Shown: one piece after another, positions 1 to 11,029 of the stretch | Layout of the letters: each line of letters begins with the position of its first letter | How positions within the stretch are numbered: position 1 is the stretch's first letter | NCBI GenBank assembly: GCA_964016885.1 | Contig: OZ024741.1 | Location: 310,062,001-310,126,000 of the forward strand | Direction: 5' to 3' | DNA length: 64,000 nt | Source of the DNA: Eledone cirrhosa | Taxonomy: Eukaryota | Made by a program: the position numbers and the translations under genes | The notes under the pieces: model-generated | Told to the model about the DNA's origin: nothing | What the model saw: the letters and a program-made list of their open reading frames with translations, nothing else | Databases searched by the model: none

Positions 1-2153
1 GACGCTGATAAGAAGGTAGCTTGGAAGTGTCACTATGAAAGGCTACTAAATGAGGAGAATGAATGGGAGAAAGACAGTCTCCCCCATATCGACCCAATAG
101 AGGGACCAGCAGTGTTAGTCGAGGGGAGTATAATAAGTAAGGCAATCAAGGATATGAAGACGGGTAAGGCGGCTGGGCCTTCGGAAATAGTTGCTGAGAT
201 GCTGAAGGCATCTGGCACGGTGGGACACTCCATGGTCACCCGCATAGTTAACCAAGTCGTACAGAATGGGGTTGTTTCGAAGGACTGGCATAGCAGCATC
301 ATCGTTAACTGTTATAAGGGTAAAGGAGACGCCCTAGATAGGAGTAACTATAGAGGCATTAAATTAATCGACCAGGTCATGAAGGTCACGGAAAAAGTAA
401 TAGCACAACTAATCAGAGAGAGAATTGACCTAGATGAAATGCAGTTCGGGTTTGTGTCAGGCAAAAGTACCACAGACGCTCTTTTCATTGTACGACAACT
501 ACAGGAGAAGTACCTAGCTAAAGGTAAACCCCTCTACTTAGCTTTTGTCGACTTGGAGAAAGCCTTCGACAGAGTCCCCCGCTCCATTATCTGGTGGGCT
601 CTTAGAAAACTAGGCGTTGACGAATGGCTTGTGAGAGCTATACAAGCCATGTATAAAGAAACAGTCAGCAAGATTAGAATTAACAACGAATATAGTGAAG
701 AGTTTAGCGTAAAAGTTGGCGTCCATCAGGGCTCTGTTCTCAGCCCCCTACTATTTATTATTGCCCTTCAGGCTATAACAGAGGAGTTCAAGACCGGCTG
801 CCCATGGGAACTCCTATACGCAGACGACCTGACACTCATAGCGGAATCAATGGCTGAGCTAGAGAAGAAATTCCAAACATGGAAGCACGGCCTAGAATCA
901 AAAGGCCTTAAAATTAACCTGGCTAAGACTAAAGTTCTAGTTTGTAGGAAAGAAAATAGGGCGGCGGTCCCTTCTGGGAAATGGTCGTGCTCGGTGTGTA
1001 GGAAAGGCGTAGGTAGAAACTCCATTTTATGTCCTAAATGCAAAGTATGGGTGCATAAAAGATGTAGTGGGATCACAGGTAAGCTAACTAAGAACATAGA
1101 TTTTACATGTGGCCGGTGTTCTGGTGCAATAAGTAGCAGCAAGTGCCCACAAATACTAGCTCTTTCAATTGCGCAGAGGGTTCTATAGAAATAGTGGACA
1201 GTTTCCGTTACCTGGGTGATAAAATCAGCAGTGGGGGAGGGTGCTCTGAAAGTACAGTAGCTAGAGTCAGAACTGGTTGGAAAAAGTTCAGAGAGCTTAT
1301 ACCACTATTAGCTGCTAAAGGGTTCTCCCTAAAAATGAAAGGCAGGTTGTACGATGCCTGCATACGAACAGCAATGTTGCATGGCAGTGAGACCTGGGCA
1401 TTGTGTGCAGAGGATATACGCAGACTAGAGAGGAACGAAGCTTGCATGCTCCGCTGGATGTGTAACAGTAATATACGTGAACGGCAAAGCATAAATGAAC
1501 TAAGGAAAAAATTAGAAATAAGAGGGATCAGATGTTGTTTACTCGAGAGAAGGCTACGTTGGTATGGACACGTGATGCGCATGAAAGTCGATAGCTGTAT
1601 AACAAAGTGCAGGGCAATAAAGATAGACGGTAGCCACGGAATAGGCAGACCTAGAAAAACCTGGGACGAGCTGATAAACTCCGACCTCACACACTTACAC
1701 CTCTCCAAGACAATGTCACTGGACCGAGACCTTTGGCGGTACTCAGTAACAGAGAAGACCCGCCTTGCCTAAATACATAGTAAAACCTACTACAGCCAGT
1801 AGGCATCTCTAACAAAATAACCCCCCCCGCCCCCCGCCCCCACCCCATCCACACCACCCCATCCTATGTAAAGTTATGTTGGTGCCACACCATCCAGGCC
1901 GAAACAAATGAGATCGTGTAGGTGTCACGACAAAAAAACACACAGTCCACGCTGTAATGTGGCCGTGTAGGCAACACGGTAAAAACCTCCCAGACCCACA
2001 CTGTAAATGTGGTTGGTGTTAGGAAGGGCATCCAACTGTAGAAAACCTGCCAGACAGTCCTATGCGAGCAAGACAATCACTCTTGCCTCAAGTGGGACTA
2101 CCCCTGTCCAAACCCATGCAAGCGTGGAACACGGACGTTAAACGTTGATGATG
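1..2153 (+). mobile_element. RTE-clade LINE, family A; RT and C-terminal part, one frameshift near 1150, cut by the window start
   Basis: ORFs 112-1188 and 1143-1772 carry RT motifs (QFGF, FVDLEKAFD, GVHQGSVLSP, YADD, FRYLG, RLRWYGHV, GRPRKTW); 3' UTR ends in GTTAAACGTT(GAT)n. Confidence 0.95.
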
Positions 2154-2159
2154 ATAGAT

Positions 2160-2246
<87 letters not shown>

Positions 2247-2333
2247 CATATTTATACATATTTATACATATATATATATATATACATATTTATACATATT
2301 TATACATATATATATATATATATATACATATTT

Positions 2334-2423
<90 letters not shown>
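2154..2423. repeat. (TA)n microsatellite interrupted mostly by CA on the + strand
   Basis: Direct reading; polarity opposite to the arrays at 29-52 kb. Confidence 0.95.
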
Positions 2424-2425
<2 letters not shown>

Positions 2426-2738
2426 AGGCACATGGCTTAGTGGTTAAAGCATTGGCCTTGCAATCAAAAGGCTGTGAGTTCAATTCTCAGACCGGGTGAT
2501 GTGTTGTTTCCTTGAGCAAGACACTTTATTTCACATTGCTTCAGTTTACTCAGCTGTAGAAATGAGATGTGGACTGCGAAGTGGACATGGAGGTGCCACG
2601 GAAAAAAAACACCCACCACTCACTGTAAATGAGGTTGGTGTTAGGAAGGGCATCCAGCTGTAGAAATCAAGCCAGAATCAGTTCCCATCCCACCCTTGGA
2701 AGCAGGGAAAAGTGGACGTAAAATGATGATGATGATGA
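2424..2738 (+). mobile_element. tRNA-derived CORE-type SINE with RTE-derived 3' tail (copy 1)
   Basis: A box TGGCTTAGTGG, B box GAGTTCAATTC, CORE-like CCTTGAGCAAGACACTT...CAGCTGTAGAAATG, tail matching the family B LINE end, (GAT)n. Confidence 0.85.
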
Positions 2739-2748
2739 TATATATTCA

Positions 2749-4050
2749 CAGGGTGTGGACGATATTTGTTAGCAATTTTCAACTGCTAATTCTATGCAAA
2801 TTTTTTTTACTTCTGTTGTCACTCTTGTCTTCATAAAAACAGTGACTATATTTCCATTATTTATTTTCAGAATAATTGATTATGAATAATTTTGAACCTC
2901 CAAATTTGTGGAAGAGACACAGAGTTCTTCTTGCAATCCACGACGGGAGGACAAATAAGGAAATTTCAGACTTTCTCAGCGTCAGCAGGAGAATGGTGGC
3001 AAAAGTTAGAAAGGAATTGGAAGATTCAGGATTCGACTACGAAGCAACATCGGAGAGGAAAACACATGATCGACGATCTGATGCCTTCAGAACGCCCAAG
3101 TTCACCGCTGAAGTTCAGGATATCAACAACAATGAACCTAGCAAGTCAATGCGTGCCATTGCAAGGGAGAAAGGCGTGGATGAAAAGCTCATTAGGCTGG
3201 TGGTACATGAAGACATTCGCTACGTTTCATACAAGATGAGGAAAGGAGAATTTCTGTCAAAGGCGATGCAAGAAAAGCGACTGAAGCACGCAAAGAAGCT
3301 GATCAACAAGTTGAAACACCCACTGGAGCCAGACATGCTGTGGTTTTTCTCAGATGAGAAAAACTTCTGCGAAGACCAGATCAACTCTCAGAACAACAGG
3401 TGGCTCGCTGTCTCATCCAAAGACGTGCCCAGAGTCATGCAGACAAAGTTTCCATCGACAACATTGGTCTTAGGTGTCGTCAGCCGTCAAGGTGACGTCA
3501 TGCAACCTCACTTCCTCCCTGAGGGCCTCAAGCTGAACACCGATGGCTACATCCGTGTTCTGAGCAAGGTAGTAAAGCCAGGTAGCTGCAGCTAGGCCGT
3601 ACGTGTGGCAGAAAGACTCAGCGCCCTGCCATACCAGCCGAAAGACCCAAGCCTGGCTGTCAGAGAACTTCGTCGACCACACTTCACCTACATCTGGCCT
3701 CCCAGCTCACCTGATTGCAACCCCCTCGACTCTTTGTGTGGGGCGCAGTGGACGAGACACCAACAGATCTAGCTGCAATACGAAAGACGATCTGAGGGGG
3801 GGGTTCTTGGGGTGGGGGGGGGCGGGGGGGGGGGGGGGGGGGGCGCTAAGTCGGGGGGACAGTGACGAAGGCCTGTAGCCGGTTCCGAGGCCGCCTTGAG
3901 TCCGTCATTAAAGCCAATGGCTTTGAGATCGAAAGAACAAGTCATGAAGACAAACTGACCCAAGTTTGATAAATAAATCTTAAAAAATAAAACTACTGTG
4001 TTATTTTTTCCTAGACAGTAATCTTGCGAACAAATATTGTCCGCACCCTG
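2749..4050 (+). mobile_element. Tc1/mariner-superfamily DNA transposon, DD37D (maT-like), decayed
   Basis: TIRs CAGGGTGTGGACGATATTTGTT / AACAAATATTGTCCGCACCCTG followed by TA; transposase fragments with FSDEK, QKDSAPCH and a frameshifted WPPSSPDCNPLD; about 37 residues between the 2nd and 3rd D. Confidence 0.88.
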
Positions 4051-4079
4051 TATATATCTACATATATATATATAGATGA

Positions 4080-4128
4080 GATTCTACAGGACTAGAACTG
4101 TTTCATTCTTTAGAAATCATCAGAAATC
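4080..4128 (-). ncRNA. Type I hammerhead ribozyme (left arm of palindrome)
   Basis: Minus strand reads GATTT-CTGATGA-T TTC TAAA GAA T-GAAA-CAG TTCTAGTC CTG-TA^GAATC. Confidence 0.7.
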
Positions 4129-4129
4129 T

Positions 4130-4178
4130 GATTCCTGATGATTTCTAAAGAATGAAACAGTTCTAGTCCTGTAGAATC
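4130..4178 (+). ncRNA. Type I hammerhead ribozyme (right arm of palindrome)
   Basis: Stem I GATTC/GAATC, core CTGATGA at 4135-4141, GAAA at 4154-4157, stem III ACAG/CTGT, predicted GUA cleavage after 4173. Confidence 0.75.
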
Positions 4179-4862
4179 TCATCTATATTAAAACTTTTAT
4201 ACTCTGCTATGTATTGAGTCCCTTACTTACTGTGGTTACCTCCGATTCAACCCGGAATAACTTACCTATATATATATTCATTCTTTCTTCTCCTTCTTTT
4301 CACATTATATCCTTAATAACATTAATATTTTTATTTTAATAATACATATTAATAATTTCTTTTCCTTGCACTAATTATTAAACCCTTTAATATACAAACC
4401 TTAATTTAATATTCTTAATTCTTTTTTCTCTTCATGCATAAACTCATTAACTTTTAATTTCAAATTCTTTTAAATTATCTCTTATCTTCAACGGCTTTTA
4501 ACTTCTCTCTGTGAGACAATATATATTATAATATATATTACTATTACAGATATCTCTCAGTTGTAAAGGATATCTCCTCTCTCTATCACCCATCTCTCCT
4601 CCTCCTCACCATTCTCTTACAAGATCACTACTTTCAATAAATGATGAGAAGCGAGAAGACCCTCATAAGCTGTTTCCAATCTCATACATCAATCTGAAAT
4701 TATTTTTCATATGTGATTTAAAACTTCACTATTCACAAGTGTTTTTTAAGCTTCATATCATGGTATGCTAGTTGTATCTGAACTGGCAGATATCATCCAT
4801 GATATTTGTTTTGAAATGTGCATAATAAAATACTTGGAACACTTTTAACCTTCTTTTGATCT

Positions 4863-4913
<51 letters not shown>

Positions 4914-5308
4914 TGTATTCCTGTCTGTTTGTTTGTTTGTTTGCTCACGAACTACTCCTATGATTTTGGAGATAGACCCCCATAACCATATCATATTCTG
5001 AAATTACATTGCCCAGGGTACTTGGATAAGTATATTTCATTTTAATCAAAGGGTTCCCCAGGGGTCATGAAACCCCCCGCTGAAAATTTTTTTCCTTCGT
5101 TTTATATGAAATTTAAATCATAGGTAAATGACAAGATATGATGCCTATTCACAAAAGTTTTGAATTGACATTTCGAAAAAAATTATTTACAAGAAACAAT
5201 AATAATAAGATTTAATAATGTAATTTTGATTTGATATATTACAAAAAATAATGTTTTCCAATTTTTCATATATACATATCTCTCTCTCTATATATATATA
5301 CATATCTA

Positions 5309-5555
5309 GGTGTAGGTGTCACAACAAAAAAATACAGTCCACGCTGCTATGTGGTCGTGTAGGTAACACGGTAAAAAGCTGCCAGTCCACATTGTAAATG
5401 TGGTTGGTGTTAGGAAGGGCATCCAGCCGTAGAAAACCTGCCAGATAGTCCTATACGAGTGAGACAAGGTCACCCGACCAATCTTGCCTCAAGTGGAACA
5501 ATTCCCGTCTAACTCATGCTAGCGTGGAAGATAGACGTTAAACGATGATGATGAT
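5309..5555 (+). mobile_element. Isolated RTE-type 3' UTR/tail fragment; related copy at about 59375-59591
   Basis: Same pseudoknot-like module and AGGAAGGGCATCC hairpin as family A, a CATGCTAGCGTG terminal hairpin and a (GAT)n tail. Confidence 0.75.
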
Positions 5556-5723
5556 ATACATATCTATCTATCTAATATATATATATATGTAGAAGAGATA
5601 TTTAATTTGTTGGAAATCCAATAAATATATATGTTTACAACTGATTCAAAGCGCTCAACAGATTTCTGGAGTAAGTATTCAATGATATTAAATAAATGGA
5701 AACTATATTTATAAAACCATATT

Positions 5724-5785
5724 TATTCTATTATATATATTTCAAGGGTACCAAAAAATTTGGTACGCTATCATCAGATAAAATA
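5724..5785 (-). ncRNA. Minimal type I hammerhead ribozyme of the PLE terminal repeat
   Basis: TATTTTAT-CTGATGA-TAGC GTACCAAA TTT TTTGGTAC CCTT-GAAA-TATATA-TA^ATAGAATA; 8-bp stem I, palindromic stem III. Confidence 0.75.
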
Positions 5786-8700
5786 CAAAATGTTTTATAA
5801 ATATTTGACATGACCAAGGATGATATACCTTAACGGTTCAAGTTATCCTTGGATAGTGAAGGGAAGAGAGGAGAAAAGTCAGATATTTAAAATTATTAAT
5901 ATGAGTATGCAAATGATGTGTATATTAAAGGGCTGAAAAAACGTTATTTTAGACGCTATGGAAAATTTAAATATTTATGATAAGGAAGAAAGAGAAAAGA
6001 ATAACGTTAATTTTGGGGAAAAGATTTTTGTTACCTATATTATGAGTTATAAAATTATATGAAGAATTATGGTTGTAAGTATTTTTATCTTATTACATTA
6101 GAATAGGTTATATGTATATAAATATCTCTATATATATTAAGTTGCGTATGCATTGATTGTTTATATAAACAAATATGAGTTACGAAGGATGTTGAAAATT
6201 TTATTTTCAAGTTGTGAGATTAGAATAATTTGTGGATTCAAAAATGTTCAACATTGAGAATGTTTTCAGAATATTGTTAATTTAACGAAGCTATATAAAT
6301 TATCAAACTAAAATTGTTAAAGAAGGAAAAGGAAGATCACTTGAACGTTAATTTAGGGAAAATATATTCAGACATTTATCTATATTTATATGGAGAATTA
6401 TTTATCTTATAATAATATATAAATATCTATATATGTATTTTAATAATAGCATCCGACTCGGCGCAAATAACGGATCTTGTGGGCTTATTTATTAATAATA
6501 CACTGCATAGAAAAATGCCAGAGATGACCAGTGTTTATATTGAAAACCATAAGTGAAATTAATAAGAAAATAAAATCCATAATACAATTCTTCAATAATT
6601 ATAACCTTAAGTTAGAAATAACTATAAAATCGTTAACTTTTTAGACGTAACATTAAACCTTAGCACAGGGCTCTACTATCCATTCCATAAAATCAATGAG
6701 AATCTAAATTACGTAAGTTTTAACTCTAATCATCCTAGATCTATTAAGAATACTATCGTCAATAGTGTCCAGCAACGAATTTCCATCATCGCTGCTAATA
6801 AAAATATTTTTGAGGATAAGGCTGAATATTATAATAAAGCTTTACATAGAGCAGGATACTCAAATAGAATTAAATACATAGATAACAATAACATGACATA
6901 TCATCCTAGTATTAACTTAAACACTAAACCAAACAAAAAAAAAACTAGAACTAGAAATATTATTTGGTATTCTCCCTCATTCTCATTAAGCGTTAAAACA
7001 CCTTTAGCAAAGCTATTCTTTAAAGCACTAGACAAATGTTTTCCTAAAATCCACAGATACCACTCAATCTTTAACAGACATAATATAAAACTATCCTACT
7101 CTACTACTATGAACATAGCACAAAATATAAATAGAATTAATAATAGAAACTTAAATTTAAACCCTAACCAAAATAACCATAATAGTAATAACATTTCTAG
7201 CAATATCCAGTGTAATAGTACCGTTCTGAGCAACAACAACTCCGTAAAATGTAACTGTAGAATAAAATCAAACTGCCCTTTACAAAATAAGTGTTTAGAT
7301 AAAAACATAGTTTATAAATGTACAGTTAAAACTAGTGATAATATATTCAACTATGTCAGTGCCACTTCTACAGAATTTAAACTTTGCTGGAATAACCACA
7401 ATTGTTCTTTTAGAAGATCTGACAAAAAATATTCTACTACCCTCTCACATCTTATATGGAATTTAAAAAGCAGGAATATAGACTATTCATTATCTTGGAA
7501 AATGATTTCGAAAGCACCTGCTTACTGAAACACGGCCTTATCAAGATTCTGTAAATTATGTATTGAAGACATTTTTTATATAATTAATTGAAAAAACTCT
7601 ATTAATCTTAGAACAGAAATATTTAGTTGTTGCAAACATTGCCAAAATTCTACATTCAGAACTATATGTAACTTATAATATACTTATAATATTCCTATTA
7701 ATCTCCAAAATGATCTTACCTGCTCTAACATTTTATATTTTTAATACTTTAATATATTAATATCTCTAAATCATAATATCTTAAAAATTTCTTATAATAT
7801 ATATATACGTGTGTATGTATAGATATTTATATATATTTATGTACTTCTACATTATGTACTTCTATATAATTTTAATTTTAACTTTTTAAATTCTTTAATT
7901 TTTTTTTCTTAATTTTTTATTTTTCTAATGACACCCTCTAAAGCTAATTTTTAAATGTAGATTAATAACCATTAACTGTTTTTAGTAAAATATATACTAT
8001 TCAGGATGGTGTTTAAATATTCATATTTCTTTAGAATAAATAATTAATCCCACACTAGCGATTAATAAAAAAAATTGGAGTTATCTTTCCTACTTTCAAT
8101 CATAAACACTTTTTATACATAACTCCATTAATTTAACCTTATAAATTGTAACTGCCTATTTATTTACATAAAATCAACATCCCTAATAACTTATATTAGG
8201 AACAAACACCTATTTATTTTATTTATTTATAAATCAACATCCCTCGTAACTCATATTATAAACAAACTATCCTTTAAAAAAAAAACACATATGCTATTAT
8301 TAAAATACATATATAGATATTTATATATTATTATAATAAGATAAATAATTCTCCATATAAATATAGATAAATGTCTGAATATATTTTCCCTAAATTAACG
8401 TTCAAGTGGTCTTCCTTTTCCTTCTTCTTTAACAATTTTAGTTTGATAATTTATATAGCTTCGTTAAATTAACAATATTCTGAAAACATTCTCAATGTTG
8501 AAAATTTTTGAATTCGCAAATTATTCTAATCTCACAACTTGAAAATAAAATGTTCAACATCCTTCGTAACTCATATTTGTTTATATAAACAATCAATGCA
8601 TACGCAACTTAATATATATAGAGATATTTATATACATATAACCTATTCTAATGTAATAAGATAAAAATACTTACAACCATAATTTTTCATATAATTTTAT

Positions 8701-8992
8701 AACTCATAATATAGGTAACAAAAATCTTTTCCCCAAAATTAACGTTATTCTTTTCTCTTTCTCTTCCTTCCTTATAAATATTTAAATTTTCCAGTGTCTA
8801 AAATAACGTTTTTTCAGCCCTTTAATATACACATCATTTGCATACTGATATTAATAATTTTAAATATCTGACTTTTCTCCTCTCTTCCCTTCATTATCCA
8901 AGGATAACTTGAACCGTTAAGGTATATCATCCTTGGTCATGTCAAATATTTATAAAACATTTTGTATTTTATCTGATGATATTTTATCTGAT

Positions 8993-9338
8993 GGAGGCAC
9001 ATGGCTTAGTGGTTAGAGCATTGGCCTTGCAATCAAAAGGTTGTGAGTTCAATTCTCAGACCGGGTGATGTGTTGTTTCCTAGAGCAAGACACTTTATTT
9101 CACATTGCTCCAGTTTACTCAGCTGTAGAAATGAGATGATAGGGACTGGGGTCCATATCATTCCACTGCAAAGTGGTCGTGGAGGTGCCACAGCAAAAAA
9201 GCACCCAGCACTCACTGTAAATGAGGTTGGTGTTAGGAAGAGCATCCAGCTGTAGAAATCAAGCCAGAATCAGTTCCCGTCCCACCCTTGCAAGCAGGGA
9301 AAAAGCGGACGTAAAATGAAATGATGAATGATGATGAT
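8993..9338 (+). mobile_element. tRNA/CORE SINE (copy 2) inserted in the PLE right arm
   Basis: Same head, CORE and tail as 2424-2738; interrupts sequence that is continuous in the inverted left arm. Confidence 0.88.
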
Positions 9339-9438
9339 AGCATACCAACATTTTTGGTACCCTTGAAATATATATAATAGAATAAATATGGTTTTTCCAT
9401 TTATTTAATATCATTGTATATATATATATATATATATA

Positions 9439-10078
9439 GAAGTGGTTACACAACAGTTAGTTCACCTTAGCGGATCCTCAGCTCATAATTGACATGGTTA
9501 GATGGAACAGGAAGGACAACCGTATGAAGGCGCATGCGCAGAAACCATCACTTCACACAGGAAATACTAAAAAGCGTGCGAGAGGTGTAAGGGAGATAAC
9601 TGCGAAAGTCCGAAAAGTTTCTAGTTGATAAGAAAATTAGGATGTTGTGATTCAATCCGGAGCTTTGTAGTTATGTAAGAGGTGTTTCGAGACGTGTGGA
9701 CAACGTGTGAAGAATTCATTTCTCGTGTTTAGGCAATCACTATTGCATAATCTCTTTAGAATATTTATTAGTTCATCAATACATAGTCCACACGACGGAT
9801 TTCCCCTTGTGTATGGCTTGGACTTAGTGATGGCTTTCCATTGAATGGAGTAGTCTATACTTGAGTCCTTGAGGGACTATACATGGCTCGCGAATTTCAA
9901 GGATGAACGTCTGTCCGGGTACCTAAAGGTCGACTAGTGGTTCATGAAGCATTCCTTAAATCGGCCCTCCGCCATACCCACATAGGATTTGACCTCCTGT
10001 GGTTGATTTGGTCGGTTGGAAGTGACCACAGCTTCATAAATTACAGCTGTAATTTATGAAGCTGTGGTCACTTCCAAC
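9439..10078 (-). mobile_element. Second PLE 3' fragment (GIY-YIG end) with a 64-bp fold-back palindrome
   Basis: Minus-strand translation AVIYEAVVTS..KSYVGMAEGRFKE..NH*STF..IDYSIQWK..PY..CGLCIDE..LNTRNEFFTRCPH with stops; perfect palindrome at 10015-10078. Confidence 0.8.
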
Positions 10079-10411
10079 ATCATCATCATTGTTTAATGTC
10101 AATTTTCCATGTTTACATGGGGTAGACTGGTTGTAACTCTGAGGCTTGAAATGACAAGTGACCACCTTCTACTCATATGTTGTTGTTTGCTTGGTCTGTA
10201 TACCTGAATGCCTTTCTTATATATATATATATTATTGACGGTAAAATGTATGTATGTATGTATGTATGTATGTTTTCTTTCTCTTAATTTCGAGTATATT
10301 TTTTTGACCGGCCACCTTCCTGGTGGCAAGGTTGTAAAAGAAAAGAAATTGTCATCCCTTGAATCGCAATGTATCCCTTGTATGTATGTATGTATGTATG
10401 TATGTATGTAT

Positions 10412-10845
10412 GTCACCCTTTGTAGGAGTTTAGTCGCCAACGACCCGACCATGAGACAAGTTGTACTGGGATACATGTTACCAGTAGCACCAACTGGTGA
10501 CCTGACATAATCACCGGGAGAGTTGACCCTTAGAATTGTTCTTCTTTTTGGTAAATATCATCTTGGTTAAGAGAGTGGGACTGGCTTTGTGCAGTGCCTT
10601 TGCTCACTATAAAAGCTTCACGGCACAGGCATTGCTTTATATCTGGAGATCTCTCTGCACTTGTCGTCACATGGTACCATGGGCCCAGAACTATATGTCA
10701 ATAATTGTCACAAGTGTAGTGTTTGTACCAGAGTTTTCAAGTCGTTGACTGGACTAAAAAGTCACACTCGTTCAGCGCATCGGTAGGGGTTCTCCTACAT
10801 GGATATGAAGTAGTGGCCGTACTCGAAAAAGAGTTGGCAGCCACC
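10412..10845 (+). mobile_element. Rearranged copy of the non-autonomous element at 36691-37302
   Basis: 10510-10845 matches 36889-37302 with a deletion; about 10428-10510 is the reverse complement of 36691-36773; flanked by (TATG)n. Confidence 0.8.
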
Positions 10846-10859
10846 ATGTATGTATGTAT

Positions 10860-10990
10860 GTGAGTGGTGTGTGTTTGTATACATAAGTGTTGGTGTGTGT
10901 GTTTGTATACATAAGTGTTGGTGTGTGAGTGGTGTGTGTGTTTGTATACATAAGTGTTGGTGTGTGAGTGGCGTGTGTGTGTGTGCCGTG
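10860..10990. repeat. GT-rich minisatellite (unit contains GTGTGTTTGTATACATAAGTGTTG)
   Basis: Three recognisable tandem units. Confidence 0.8.
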
Positions 10991-11029
10991 AGTGTCAGTG
11001 TTTTTTTTTTTCTTTGACCATGCTGTAAA

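Larger units (their letters stand above)
5590..9416 (+). mobile_element. Penelope-like retroelement, 5'-truncated and decayed, with an inverted copy of its 3' region at the 5' end
   Basis: 6453-7680 translates to PLE RT/thumb remnants (DSAQITDLVGL, VNFLDVTLNL, SNHP) and a CNCR..CPL..CL..IVY GIY-YIG region (ORF 6893-7528); 5680-6452 is the reverse complement of 8290-9416 without the SINE. Confidence 0.88.

Noticed and set aside
1-60. Window start nearly coincides with the 5' break of the copy at 30536
   Set aside because: Position 1 is an arbitrary boundary, so no shared truncation or segmental duplication can be inferred; the copies also differ in 3' subfamily
768-1708. Antisense ORFs recurring opposite each RTE copy
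   Set aside because: They recur only because the copies are near-identical; no recognisable motifs
2424-2495. tRNA gene
   Set aside because: A and B boxes are present but run into CORE and LINE-tail sequence in three copies, so this is a SINE head
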